NCBI RefSeq assembly: GCF_004010195.1
Contig: NC_057728.1
Coordinates: 47,083,058-47,147,057, forward strand
Length of the DNA stretch: 64,000 nucleotides
DNA from: Chiloscyllium plagiosum
Lineage: Eukaryota
Direction: 5' to 3'
Every line of letters starts with the position of its first letter. Position 1 is the stretch's first letter. A model generated the notes under the pieces. That model did no database searches. It was not told the origin of the DNA and was given only the letters and a program-made list of their open reading frames with translations. Positions 23,941-36,939 of the stretch are shown in pieces. The position numbers and the translations under genes are program-made.

Positions 23941-25429
23941 CTGAAAGAATAAACAAAAATAGATCTACTGCATAAACATATCTACTACTGGCATTCTTTC
24001 AAAGGCACCTGAAGCATTCACTCTTCCTCTGTCCATAGGAGTTTCCAAACCAGTTGAATATTTAAAGTATTTTATGTTCTAATGACAGATTTCCAGTAGC
24101 TCTAGCTTTTCTTCTTTATAACTATGCCACTATTACAAAAGCACTCATCTCTCAATGTAGACCTCCCATCTTCCTGCTTATATATTGTGAAAACTAACCA
24201 AAACCCTCTGCATTTTTGTGAATATCTCACTTTCTCTATTCAGATACACTGTGATAAATCTATGCAGCATGTTCCTTTTTATAAGTCTTGACAATTTGCC
24301 AAAACTCATTGGAAATTCATTGCTACAGTCCTTGTTCAAAAAATATCAGGTTGTTATATTCATAATTGGACTAATTACAAAGCCTGTATTGATTTGGAAA
24401 CCATGTGTTCAACTATTTCTTAAGCATGTTACCAGGGAGACCACAGCAACAAACTTCACAAAATAGCTCACAGGCTGCTGGTGGCATTTTAAGATCCCAT
24501 GCACTGGGTCTCAATTAAAGAATGAACAATCTGACCAAAATAAGACACAAATGACATTTGTCACTTTCATTCTGACCAAGATTCAGCATTTCAAAAGGCT
24601 ACAATGCAATTATTATCGCAAGTTAAATGTATTTTAAATGGATTTACTTAAATTAAGCAACATTGAACAGACACAACTATTTACTATTGTTACAGGAAAC
24701 AAGGAGGGGAAGTGTTTCTAAGACATATTCCTCCGAAGCAAGATAATTACAGGTGTAACTTTACCCAGCATCTGACAGCAGATAATTCTTATAAATGAAT
24801 AAAACAGGATAAGTAAGATTAAGTTGATAATATTCATTTTCTGGGTGTTGGTTGCAAAAGTAATTTAGTATTAAAAGACATATTAACACCTATTTCACAA
24901 TTATAGGACTGTCAAATTCTCACATATTAGGAATGCGTTACTTTCTGACAATGACACATAGCAATAATATCTTCTATACAGATTAACACTAGTACTATAA
25001 AATGAATACGATCTTCATGGATTTATAAGGCTGCATAAGAAGAACTATTTATGGGTTTACATTAAAGAATGATTAGTAAATGACTTAATAATTCCAGGAG
25101 AACATAACAGAAATTAATCAATAAAATGTGATCACCATTATATGAAGAATCTTTCTGCGACATGGAAAATCACCAGCATGATGCAATATCAAAATTTAAA
25201 AAATGCCTGCCAATGTGAACATCTGTGAGACAATCCATTTTAGTATTTGATTATGTTGTAATAAAATATGATGTAACGGAATTACCAATAAAGTCCACTG
25301 AAAAGCTTTACTACATAATAAAAGTTAACATCACTGCAGAAATGCCTCTGCATGTCTTAGATTTTATGAGCTGAATATAAGCAAACAGTGGGATTTGAAC
25401 ATTTTCTACAATTCAGCTACGGAGGTGAC

Positions 25430-25665
25430 TCACCTCCTAACTTCTGAGATCTGTGCACTGTCTAAGAGGTATGAATTGAAAATATGATCATTTGGCTGAA
25501 TGAGTGCAGTTCCAACAACTCAATGATCTCAAATATTATCGATTATGGGACAGGCCAAATCACTTGACCAGCACCCTGTGCACAAGCCTAATCACTCACT
25601 CCATCCATCACCAGTGTACATTGTAGCTGCTGCTGGTAATATCTATAAGATGGACTTTGTCATTT
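25430..25665 (+). mobile_element. Family B LINE fragment, decayed
   Basis: gactcacctcctaact...tggctgaatgagtgcagttccaacaac...cactccatccatcacc. Confidence 0.5.
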
Positions 25666-25878
25666 ATATCTAGCCTTCAGTGAGAGGAAGCTCCTAGGAT
25701 AAGGCAAGTGGTCCAGATTTTCCAGGATCCCATTGTTGGTTTTAATAGGTTCATACTCTGGGAGCTAGTTGGGAGATTACCATAGTTTTCTGGGTTGTGT
25801 GAAAGGATTCATTTTCTACTATGCTTCAGAGAAGGAGTTTCCAATAAGCTAAGTGGACACACAAACACACACACAAAT

Positions 25879-25919
25879 CTCCTGCATTCTGGACCTCAAT
25901 GAGGTCCAGAATGCAGGAG
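25879..25919. repeat. Perfect 20-bp inverted repeat with 1-nt spacer
   Basis: ctcctgcattctggacctca-a-tgaggtccagaatgcaggag. Confidence 0.95.
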
Positions 25920-26118
25920 TGATTTTGGTTTTTGATTCAAATCAGTGTGAGTTAAACAATCTCCCACTTGTTCTGTAAATTATCTTCATCTCTCAGGGTA
26001 GCTTGCTGAAGAGGAGTCGCAGTATTACAGAAAGGAAGATGGAGAAGAGAGTTAAAATGATGACAGAGCTCTGTTCAACCTAGTGTTGTTGTGATTGGGT
26101 CTGTAGTGGCTGTTAGTA

Positions 26119-26176
26119 TATATTCGGGGAGACAACAGAACTGCAGATGCTGGAATCCAGCCTCCTGTCTGTCTAC
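26119..26176. mobile_element. Minimal PLE-type insertion
   Basis: gagacaacagaactgcagatgctggaatc core. Direct repeat ctgttagta at 26110-26118 and 26177-26185. Confidence 0.5.
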
Positions 26177-26539
26177 CTGTTAGTAAACAAAGCTTGCATG
26201 TTGTTAAGGAGTAGGCAGAAGACAGTGACAGATTTGACGGCTCTCAGATTTGAAGATGTTTAATAACCTGAAATGCTTGATAGAATGAAAGGCTCTAGTG
26301 AGGTCAAAATAAGTCAATGCACAGCAGTTGGTGCCATTCCTTGTATTTTTCTTGGATTTTTTTCTGCATTAAAGATCATATCTGTGACATTTTGTCATGC
26401 AAAAAAGCCACACTGCAATTCTGAGATAATCTCTTCAGCTTCAGGGTAGAGACAGTTGAGGCCTCCAGAATGCCAGTTCAGCCTTTAGGTAGTCTGAGGA
26501 AAAGAGTATTTGAGGACCAGTAGCTCAAATCTGAGAGAG

Positions 26540-27152
26540 GCTTTCATTAACAGGGGGAGTGAGTTTAAGAGCCGCAAGGTTTTGCTACAGCTCTACAAGT
26601 CCCTGGTGAGACCACACTTGGAATATTGTGTCCAGTTCTGGTCGCCCTACTATAGGAAAAATACAGAGGCTTTGGAGAGGGTGCAAAGGTTTACCAGGAT
26701 GCTGCCTGGACTGGAGGGCTTGCCTGATGAAGAAAGGTTGAAAAAGCTCAGACTTTTCTCTCTGGAGAGAAGGAGGAAGAGAGGAGACCTGATTGAGGTA
26801 TACAAGATAATGAGAGGAATAGATAGAGTCAATAGCCAGAGACTCTTCCCCAGGGGAGGATTAACAGGTACGAGGGGTTATAGTTTGAAGATATTAGGAG
26901 AAAGGTATAGAGGACACATCAGAGGTAGGTTCTTTACGCAAAGAGTCGTGAATGCACGGAATGCGTTGCCAGCAGCAGTGGTGGAAGCAGAGTCATTAGG
27001 GACATTTAAGCGACTGCTGGACAGGCACATGGATAGCAGTGAGTTGAGGGGTACATAGGTTAAGTTATTATATTTTACATTAGGGTTAAATCTCAGCACA
27101 ACATCATGGGCCAAAGGGACGATTCTGTGCTGTACTTTGCTATATTCTATGT
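26540..27152 (+). mobile_element. CR1 LINE 3' end
   Basis: ORF 26510..27058 reads LQLYKSLVRPHLEYCVQFWSPYYRK...FFTQRVVNARNALP. Tail gggccaaagggacgattctgtgctgtac. Confidence 0.92.
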
Positions 27153-28604
27153 CATGAATCAGACAGTAGTGATCCCCATGCTCCTACAGAAGGGATGGGA
27201 TGACCTCCTCCTCCAGGACTAGCAGTGGGGGAAGAAAGTCAATGATGTTCTCCACTCTACCAGTCTAAGTGCCACTATTTCTTTCCAATACGTCACCCTA
27301 ACTCTATCTCTGCTTGTACACCACCTCCCAGCAAGGCTCATGATCTACCACTGTCACCATTCCTGCACACTCCACCTCTCCCACTCACCCTCACCCACCC
27401 CAAACTGCGACACCACTAACCCTGCATGCCTCTGTGCTGCCTATTGAGCTCACTTGGGAAAACTCCCCACCTGCACCAACAGTAATAGCTGTGCTACCTG
27501 ATTTCACCTTCCATAACATCTGCCCCTCTCTCAGTCCAGAAGCTGATCTTCGCACAGAAAGAGTCAAAACAGGTAGCATTATGCCTGCTATGCAGGATCC
27601 TAATTCTGACTGCTCCGTGCAGGACCTGGACTGGTATTGGAGGCTGCCCTTGACTTACTGTGCCAAGGTCCATTGAGGGAAGGCTATCCCTCTAGGTTTA
27701 ACAGAGGCCTGCTGACAATTGTGACAAGCATCTGGCTTTGTGTCTGCACTATGTGGCAAGGCAAGAAAGAAGTAATGTGAGGCGCTGACTCTGGCTGAGG
27801 GAGCAACGTGAAAAAGGGCAAGACAGACATGCTTTCAGGTGGCCTCGCAGCGAGTGAGCACTATGATAGCAAGCTAAGGGCCCAGAATCCCCCGGGTCCA
27901 ATCTATAAGCTGGCTGTGTGTCCCCAAATACACATTATCCTTACTGCAGCAATCCAACAATAGTTGCTGGTGTGGCCTGAGGTGCAGCGTCCAGTAAGTG
28001 GATCAGAGATGTGCCATGACAGTTTATAGAGGCTGGCACATTTTCGATGCCAGTCTCCATGGATGTGGAGTGCCAGATGTTGCACAAGATGTTGGTGCCC
28101 AGTGTCCTATGTGATGAGCCTTTGGAGCAAGAGGCAAGTGAAATCCACCAAGAACCTGCTCAGGTTTCTATGTCAGGTTTTCCTGACAGCTAATTGTTCG
28201 GTAAGATCGTAACCCGTGATGAGTCAACCGTTAACAAACCATTACAAAGCAATAACAGACATCAATAGGGAAACATTGGGCTGCTCCCTGGTGAGAACCT
28301 CAACACAATGTTCGAGCAAGGCAGGGAAGTTGCAGAAAGTTGATCTTGACGTCAGGACAAGTGTCTCCCCTGTTTCCCCTACTCATTGTGCCATAGTCCA
28401 CATTTCTCAAAGCCTGGTTCGATTCCACATTTTGAGAATTCCAAATGAATGATCAGAAGCAGTGTATTACAACATGATACGGATTAAACATTGTCTTATT
28501 ATTTGAAGTATCAATGTGGAGAAGCACAGGAGCTTGATGTTGCTGATGTCAGTCCCCATTGAAACCAACACCCTCTTCTGTGTCAATTATAATAATGAAT
28601 TAGT

Positions 28605-29460
28605 TATAGAGACATAGAGTCATAGAGTTGTATAGCACGGAAACAGACTGCTCAGTCCAACTCACCCATGCTGACCTAAATACCATATTCTAAGTTAATC
28701 TAGTCCCATTTTCCAGCATTTGGCCTATTTCCCTCTAAACCCATTGTAGTCACATACCTATCTAGATGTCTTTTAAATGTTAAAATTATACCAGCATCTG
28801 CCAACTCCCTTGGCGGCTCAATCCATACACGCACCAATCTCTGTATGTAAGAGTTGCTCCTTCGGTACCTTTTATAATTTTGCCCTCTCACCTTAAACCT
28901 ATGCTGTCTAGTTTTGGATTACCCTAGCCTGGGAAAAAGACTTTGGCTATTCACCAGATCCATGCTCCTCATGATTTTACAAAACTCTGTAAGGTCACCC
29001 CTCAGCCTCCAATTCTCCAGGGTAAATAGCCCCAGTCTCTTCAACCTTTCCCCATAGCTCAAACGCTCCTCCCCGACAACATCCTTGTAGATATTTTCTG
29101 CACCCTTTCAAGTTTCACAACATCCTTCCAATTGCACGCAATATTCCGAAAATGGCCTTACCAATGTCCTGTACAGCCATGATCTCCCAACTCCTATAAG
29201 TGATGTTCTGACCAAACAAGAAAACCATACCAAATGCCTTCTTCACCATCCTATCTGCCTGTGACTCTACTTGCTAGGAACTAGGAACCTGCACTCCAAG
29301 GCCTCTTTGTTCAGCAACACTTCCCGCTTTGATTTGCTTTCCCAAAATGCAACACGTCGCATTTTATCTAAATTATCTGCCACTCCTCAGCCCATTGGCC
29401 CATCTGATCAAGACCAGGTTTTACTCTGAGGTAACCTCTTTCACTGTCCACTACAACTCC
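28605..29460 (-). mobile_element. HER1/CR1 LINE 3' portion
   Basis: (catagag)n tail and antisense similarity to 23361-23940. Confidence 0.88.
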
Positions 29461-30435
29461 AATCAGTACTTAAACAGAATAGGACAATTTCATTTTAACA
29501 TCTTTCCTATAGCAGGAAACCAGAACTGAATTCTGTATTCCAACAAGTGAGCATTACAGTTGGCAGTAAAATCAAGATTGAGTCAAAGCTTCTTCACCTA
29601 AAGATTTCGCAATCCTATTATTGAATTAACTTTGAAAGGTGGGAAAATTTACACAGCACAGAATTAACTTCTCCGAGCTAGAAGCAACCACATCTTTCTT
29701 TGAAAGTTCATTATCGTGCCACCAGAAGCGATTACCTGTTAAATGAATTTGGAGAAGGTTTCCATTCTTATTTCACTGCGCCTTTTTCCATTCTAACCCA
29801 GCATGATTGCCTACTGACTCTGATCTAATTTAACCTTCCTTCGTTTCATTTTTCTATGCTTTCTCTGACACCAGTTGATTTCAATTGCAGTTGGTCTTCA
29901 TTCAGCCCCTCTGAAGTAGCTACCCAACTAGGATGGATATAAAAGATTTCACATACAATATATTCCTAATTGGAGAGAGTGTCCAAATTTAGTTTCCTCT
30001 GTTCTTTGTGACATTAATTCCAGTGGCTTTCACTACCAACTCTGTAAGGAAACACAAAAGCTTCATGGGTCGTAAAGAACATTGGATCAGCTTGAACTGG
30101 TGCAAGATTCTTTTCAAATGCAAGACTTGCTTCTTTTGTTCCTTCTTTCTTAAAATTATTGGACTTTTCTCCCATTCAGGAGTGCTCATTCTGTCACATC
30201 CTCATCCTTCAAAGAGAAAATGAAATTTGAACACAAAGTTCTTCGTAGTTCATAGCATCCAGTCACGGTGTCTTTACTAAATTAACGCATTCTGCTGCAA
30301 AATGTTTACATCCGAAAACCACATAGTCTAATAAGCTTTAAACAAAATGAGCCTGCTGCAGAAAGGCCAGGCTTTGTGCTATAAGGCAAGTTGAGTAGGA
30401 CAAAATATCTTGTGGCCAACGTACTCATCTGGCTT

Positions 30436-30726
30436 AGAATCATAGAATTCCTACCATGTGGAAAGAGGCCATTTGGCCCATTGAGTCTGCACTAAGCGTC
30501 CAAAGGACGCCCCACCTAGACCCAGCCCGCCAACACTATCCCTGTACTTACCACAACTAATCTGCACGTCTTTAGACTGTGGCACGAAAGTAGAGCACCC
30601 ACAGTAAACCCACGCAGACACAGGGAGAATGTGCAAACTCTACACAGACAGTCACACAAGGCTGGAATTGAACCCAGATCCCTGATGCTGTGAGGCAGCA
30701 GGGCTAACCACTGAGCCACCATGCCA
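30436..30726 (-). mobile_element. HE1-like SINE
   Basis: Reverse head ggcatggtggctcagtggttagcc...gggttcaattccagc and V-domain. Confidence 0.85.
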
Positions 30727-30739
30727 TATTAATCCAAAT

Positions 30740-31462
30740 GCTTCATCCTTATCCTTTGCACTGTTATGCTAGGTTCCATCATTATTGAGGATACGGATGT
30801 TTGTGAAGCCTCCTCCACCAATGAGTTGTTGAATTGTCCATTACCATTTACAATGAGGTTTGGCAGGACTGCAGATTTAAATATGATCCATTGCTTGTAG
30901 AATTGCTTAGCAACTGTCTTCTTTCAGGTATGCTTAGTCCTATTGCTGGCATTCCCTCCTCCACTTTCTGTTGAACCAGAGTGGATCTCTTGGCTTGATG
31001 GTAATGGTAGATTGGGAGATATGCTGGGTCATGAGGTTGTAGATTGTGTAGGAGTATAAAACTGCTGCTGATGATGATCCACAGTGCCTTCTGGATGCCC
31101 AATGTTGATTTGCTAGATCTGTTCAACATCCTTCCCAGTTAGCACAGTGATAGTTTCCTCAATGTGAGCATGGGAATTCATCTCCATAAGGACTGAACAA
31201 TCATCACTCCTACTAATACTACCAATGAACTCAAGCTCTGCAGCTGATTGTGGTCAGGTATATTTTTCCTTCTACTCGGTTCCTTCACCAGTCTCAAACC
31301 CAGTTTAGCAGCCATGAAGTTTGGGACTAGACCTGCACAGTTAGTAGTGACGCTGCTGAACCATTCTTGGTGATAGTCATTGAAGTCAGTTATAAGAGTA
31401 CATTCTGCACCATTGCCAATCCTTGCTACCCTCAGTGCTTCTTCCAAGTAGTCTTCAACTTG
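30740..31462 (-). mobile_element. Family B LINE endonuclease-region fragment
   Basis: ORF 31178..31687 includes LEEALRVAR...TDFNDYHQEWFSS...VKEPSRRKNIPD (APE-type GDFN region). Confidence 0.65.
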
Positions 31463-31465
31463 GGA

Positions 31466-31592
31466 CAGAGCACCCGACAGAAATCCACGCAGAATGGGGG
31501 AGAATGTGCGAACTCCACATAGGCAGTCACCTGAGGCTAGAATCAAACCCGGGTCCCTGAGGTTGCAGTGTGAACCACACTGCCACCATGCA
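31466..31592 (-). mobile_element. HE1-like SINE fragment
   Basis: gagaatgtgcgaactccacataggcagtcacctgaggctagaatcaaacccgggtccctg. Confidence 0.75.
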
Positions 31593-31979
31593 CCCTCTAT
31601 TGCTGTAACACTGCGTAGACTTACATTACTTGATCTGGTAAAGTCTTCTAAACAGTTCCCCAATGCAGACATTCCCTGCAGCTTCAAATAGGGTCACTAA
31701 TCTTCATCACATTCTCTGCCACAAAGCCAAGTCTAGGGGGAGTTATGTATCTCTTCTTTGTTACTGAAAGTTGGAGCAAGAGTTCACCTCTAAATATCTC
31801 CATTCATTGGTTGCTGCAGATCTCTAAATCATAGCACGGGACTCTCTTTCCCCTTCCCAGTGCTGAAAGGCTGCTGATGATGGCTATATTTTAACATGAG
31901 GAGCTGCTATATCTGAAAAATTAGACCCCAACCCAGAATTTCAGTGGGATCGAGAATGCTCTCCTACATTCAATTCCTG

Positions 31980-32100
31980 GAGTAGTGGTGCTGGAAGAGC
32001 ACAGCAGTTCAGGCAGCATCTGAGGAGCAGTAAAATCGACGTTTCGGGCAAAAGTCCTTCATCAGGAATACAGGCCCAGCTTCTGCAGTCATTGTTTTTA
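31980..32100. mobile_element. PLE pLTR micro-insertion (inverted segment plus direct tail) with hammerhead
   Basis: Perfect 17-bp TSD cctacattcaattcctg at 31963-31979 and 32101-32117. Confidence 0.9.
32034..32069 (-). ncRNA. Minimal hammerhead motif
   Basis: Reverse: attc CTGATGA a ggac tttt gccc GAAA cGTC gatt. One stem II mismatch. Confidence 0.75.
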
Positions 32101-32233
32101 CCTACATTCAATTCCTGCCCATTCGATGATGATCCCATTTCTTGAATTCAGCCCAACACTAATGTAAATTTAATTTGTTTTGTTAATCCAGTCACAATTA
32201 CACAACCAACAGATAGCATGCTTTCATCAGTGT

Positions 32234-32321
32234 TGACAAGTGTAGCACTGGAAAAGCACAGCAGGTCAGGCAGCGTCCGAGCAGCAGGAGAGTCGATGTT
32301 TTGGGCATAAGCTCTTCATCA
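32234..32321 (-). mobile_element. PLE pLTR micro-insertion, degenerate hammerhead
   Basis: ctggaaaagcacagcaggtcaggcagc...gtcgatgttttgggcataagctcttcatca. Confidence 0.75.
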
Positions 32322-33599
32322 TGTCTTCAACAGTGCCAAAGCCAAGTGAATGCATCCTCATCCTGAATATATAAAATATCCTTTCAATATTATTGACTTC
32401 AAGATGTATACTTTGCAAACCTTAGCTGATAAGGATTTCAGATACTGCGATATTTAGGAAATGAGACTTTTTGTTACAGAAAATAAAACCATCACTTTCT
32501 TTTAATCCAGGAACAGGTTTTGACACTAGCTTCAACAACATAGAATTCTACCATGAAAGGTCCAAATATATAACTTGAATTATAATTTGACTTGTTTATG
32601 AAATCATCTGGGATGTTTATGGTCATATTAAGCATTCACAATGAATCACTATACTTTTTTAAAAAAATTTATTGTTGCCAATACAGTCCACTGTCTGTGT
32701 GCATCATAGGGTCATAAACTGCCAGCGACTAATGGAAATACAATGCAAGCACATGCTGTAATCACACACCATTATGTCTCAGTATTTGCTGCCAACAATT
32801 ATATTACTACCTTAAAAGTAGTGGTTTAATTTCTAAAATTTTTTGCAGAGGTAATAAGGATGCAATCAAGCCTCCAGGGAAGTTATTGATCGACCTAGAG
32901 ATTAGCTCCACATGATTTAAGCAGTATATTCCGCATTTATATACACTTCATGAAGTTAAATGTTATATCTTGAGTTCAACTTGAGTGACAAAAGGATCTT
33001 ACATACTTAAGCCCAGATTTAATATAACAACTTACTTTGTAAAAATGCCAAAGAAGGTGATGTATTTAAGTGATGATGGAAAGACAAACATTTCTGAAAG
33101 GCGGAGATCTGAAATAAAAACAGAAAATGTTGAATATAGATTTGCACCTTTTGCCAAACCCAAAACCAAACAGGGAGCAAGTCAAGGATTCAACTAAAAA
33201 AGCATTGAGATAAGTAGTCTGTGATGCACTAGCTCCAATATTCCTGGGACCAACAACAGCAGGAAGTCCACCTCTCAGATACCTGGAACTTGAGGTGAAA
33301 CCTGGATAAATAAATATATATGAAACATTTCCTTAAATATAGGAAACAGCTAACTGCTACTATTCCTCTACACTCTCTCCATAGCCCTGCAACTTTGGCC
33401 TTGTTTAAATGGAGATTCTATTGGAGTTTATATTGTATGTCTTGCTTCTTTCAGGCAGTGCAGTCCAGATCATAACAACACGGGAGATAAAAGTTCTCTT
33501 CGCCTGCTCTTTAGCTTAGTTTGAAAATTATCAGCAATCTCTGACTTAGTTTTTTGATTATCAATTACACATTATCACGGATATTTGAAGCAAAATTGA

Positions 33600-34640
33600 T
33601 AAACCTTTCTGGTTCTGAACTAGAGAGGGGAGCAGCATCGATGACATCATCGATGTATCAGAGAAAAAGAGCTGAGGGTGGGGGCCGATGTAGGACTGGA
33701 ACAAAGAACGTTCCATGTACCCCATGTCCACTGTGAATAAGAGGCAGCTCGAGCCCAAGATTGGATATTCTGAAACTCATGCAAAACATCAGAGAAAATG
33801 CAGATGTAAGTGGGAAGGAACTGGACAAGGGGAGAGAAAAAAATAAATTGAGCTGAGGTAGGAAGAGATGGGTTATGGGCCAGGAGAAACAATGGGTCTG
33901 TTTGTCGAGTTTGGGAATGTAAGCAGGCTGTATGGGGTTGAGGGATTATGAGCTTGGAAGCAGTTCATTGAGCCATAGAGTCATAGAGATGTACAGCATC
34001 GAAACAGACCCTTCGGTCCAACCTGTCCATGCCGATCAGATATCCCAACCCAATCTAGTCCCACCTACCAGCACCCGGCCCATATGACCCCAGGGAAAAG
34101 ACTTTGCCTATTTACCCTATCCATGCCCCTTGTTGGGAGGTGAAGGTGAAATCATCAGATGGAATAAGATTAGCAAACTTTGTAGATGCAATAACTTGAC
34201 GTACAATGGTGAGGTCCTGGCCCAAGGGGAGATAGGAGGAGGTATCTGAGAGCTGTTGCTCAACACCGCAATATAGAGGTCAGTACGCCAGACAACAAAG
34301 GCACCATCTTGTTGGTAGCATTGGTTACAAATTGGATTGGATCTGAGAACATGGTTTGCAGTCAGTTCAGAAGGAGATAGGTTAGTATTGGGGTTGGGGG
34401 AGTGGGAAAGTGGGGCTGAGAAATTAAAGTAGCCAATGTTATGTTGATAGTTCTAAATTAACAAGTTAAGTACAGGTAGAAGACCAGATGGAGGGGTCCA
34501 GATGGTGGGAGAGTGTTGGAGCTGGGCGGAATGGTCTGTGGGACAGAGAGCAGACTCTTGTCCAAAGAAATGGGTGCAGATGTGAAGGCAACGGAAGAAG
34601 AGTTCAGTGTTACGTCGTACCCAGCATCCATTGAGGTGGC
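33600..34640 (-). mobile_element. Decayed PLE reverse-transcriptase ORF fragment, interrupted by a HER1 tail at 33974-34130
   Basis: Reverse of 34232-34300 reads VVWRTDLYIA..QQLSDTSSYLP, matching the conserved DKG..VVW..Y....QLSD motif upstream of PLE RT. Confidence 0.65.
33974..34130 (-). mobile_element. HER1/CR1 3' tail with internal deletion
   Basis: catagagtcatagagatgtacagc..aaacagacccttcggtccaac. Confidence 0.85.
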
Positions 34641-34684
34641 AGTGCAGAGGGATAAAAATAAAACCTTTGCTGATACAGAACCAT

Positions 34685-34995
34685 GGGGTGGCACAGTGGC
34701 TCAGTGGTTAGCACTGCTGTTTCACAGTGCCAGGGTCCCAGATTCGATTCCAGGCTTCGGCGACTGTCTGTGTGGAGTTTGCACATTCTCCTCGGGTCTG
34801 CATGGATCTCCTCCGGGTGCTCCGGTTTCCTCCCACCTTCCAAAGATATGCAGGTCAGGTGAATTGGCCATGCTGAAATTGTCCATAGTGTTAGGTGCAT
34901 TAGTCAGAGGGGGGTGGGTTACTATTCGGAGGGTTGGTGTGGACTTGTTGGGCCGAAGGGCCTGTTTCCAACACTGTAGGGAATCTAATCTAATC
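34685..34995 (+). mobile_element. HE1-like SINE, full length
   Basis: ggggtggcacagtggctcagtggttagcac...gattcgattcc, V-domain, gaatctaatctaat tail. Confidence 0.9.
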
Positions 34996-35640
34996 AGAAC
35001 TTGTTCATCAGTTCCTGCCAAATTACTGCTCCTTCTAAGGTTGAAACCAACCAAGAGAACTTTCTATCGCCTTCTTCATTTATATAATATTGGTAGTTCT
35101 AGTCACAATCCCAACCAATCCGAGTTAGCAGCTATGCTCCATATGAACCTTCTCTTATTCTTTATCATCTCTCCCTATCACTAAGACTTTCTATCTCCTT
35201 CTCCCACGTGTTTATAACTTCTCTCTAAATCCATTTTTACTATTTGCCTCAATAACTCCCTTTATAGTGAACTCCATAGAATCATCAGTTTTTGGCTAAA
35301 GTACAGCTTTCTTGGGAGGACTAGATTTGAAAATAAATGACAATAAGTCTTCCCCACCAACTGCTATCACAATGGTAGATGCCACACATGAACTGCTATT
35401 TCAGGCACCCAACATTAGCATCATGAATATGTGGAGATTCAATTGATTTCCTCATCATTGCTGTGCAATTAAACTGTACCCTATTGAGGCTTTCAGCAGC
35501 TGCTATTGCTTCTGGTAGAAAATTGTCATGGAATGAAGCAAACCATTGTGCTGCCAACCTAATGGTGTTCTGGCTGGTTTCCTAATTCAGATTCAGACAG
35601 AAAGAATATGAAATCATTTCGCTCATTGCCATTTGGCAGG

Positions 35641-35710
35641 ACATAGAGTCATAGAGTCATAGAGATGTACAGCATGGAAACAGACCCTTCGGTCCAACCC
35701 GTCCATGCCT
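35641..35710 (-). mobile_element. HER1/CR1 extreme 3' tail
   Basis: (catagagt)n gatgtacagcatggaaacagacccttcggtccaacccgtccatgcc. Confidence 0.85.
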
Positions 35711-36688
35711 GACTTTCATCCCATTGAAGTGGGCAAATGACCCACTTTACCAGGTTACTCCTTAAGCAGTGAAGATGTAAACCAATCTCCTGGATGTGGT
35801 CCTACAGCAGTTTTGCCAGGACCATTAAGGAGACTGAAGTTGACAAAGTTCCACATGATTCATAGCAGAATAACTGTTCACTTTGTTAAACCAGACTTGC
35901 CTGAGAAACAGACAATGCTGGAAATGCTCAGCAGGTCTGGCAGAGTCGCCAGAGCGAGAATAACAAAGTTCATGTTTTGAGTTGTGACTTGTTGTGATTT
36001 GTTTCTGGACTTTTTTCTTGTCTATATGAAGTAAGATGGATTTCTGGAGTGTTGTTCTCTAACTTTATTGTGCCTCGGAACTAGATCAGACTTTACACCT
36101 GAAATAAACTGGAATTATTAACTGTAACATGCAGATGTAACAAGCATTAGCAAATCTGACAATATCGCTGCAATCTTCATGGTAATGACTTACATTCAGA
36201 CTGCTATTTTTGCTTCCTAAGGGACTTCATTTGTTTGTGTATATATTATGGCATATTGAATTTATAAGGTTTTTGATTGGTATGTTATTTAGGCCAAGCA
36301 AATTTGACAGCAGTAAGCCGATCACAAATGATTTAGGCAGCCATAAAATCTGATGGCTAAGCAAACTACTTTTTATTTTATTGCTTTGTTTAATGAAATA
36401 TATGAACAATGTTTTAGTGGACCCTAACACAAGAATGCAATTTTCACATCCGCAAGCCAGGTAGCAGAAAATTGTAATTTGTCACTCTTCAGTGCTAACT
36501 TGATACGTGAGCCTCTCAGCTTCACAGAATTTCAATGCAGTCTTCAATATCCACCCTGACTTGTTAGTGGAACCTCATTGGTTCTGGGATTCATCCCCTT
36601 TTATTTCTGACAGCACTGTAGGACGAAACTTTAGTGGGTAGACTAGATTGTAGCTATAGTTTGAACAGTCTGTATCACTCCTCATCAT

Positions 36689-36840
36689 TGAAACTTTATT
36701 GCTGGAACAGCACAGCAGGTCAGGCAGCATCCAGGGAACAGGAGATTCGACGTTTCGGGCACAGGCCCTTCTTCAGGAATGCTGTTCCAGCAATAAAGTT
36801 TCAACTTTGATCTCCAGCATCTGCAGACCTCACTTTCTCC
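36689..36840. mobile_element. Fold-back PLE pLTR micro-insertion with intact hammerhead
   Basis: Perfect 14-bp TSD tcactcctcatcat at 36675-36688 and 36841-36854. Inverted arms ttgaaactttattgctggaacagc / gctgttccagcaataaagtttcaa. Confidence 0.9.
36745..36780 (-). ncRNA. Minimal type-I hammerhead motif, fully paired
   Basis: Reverse: attc CTGAAGA a gggc ctgt gccc GAAA cGTC gaat. Stems I and II are perfect. Confidence 0.85.
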
Positions 36841-36939
36841 TCACTCCTCATCATGCTGTTCAAGCTCTCTGTGCTATTGCCCCCTATCAGGTAGATTAGC
36901 TGCTACCATCTTCTTCCCTGATTGGGAGACTTGCTTGGT

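Noticed and set aside
29985..30065. Minus-strand acceptor-like ttttgtgtttccttacag
   Set aside because: Stops follow shortly in all frames and there is no matching donor.
34685..34760. tRNA-like sequences (also 10800-10871, 14915-14981, 41887-41955)
   Set aside because: These are SINE heads that continue into the V-domain and LINE tail, not tRNA genes.
34513..35184. Longest listed ORF (223 aa)
   Set aside because: Chance read-through of antisense PLE sequence, an HE1 SINE and flank. It has no coherent protein domain.
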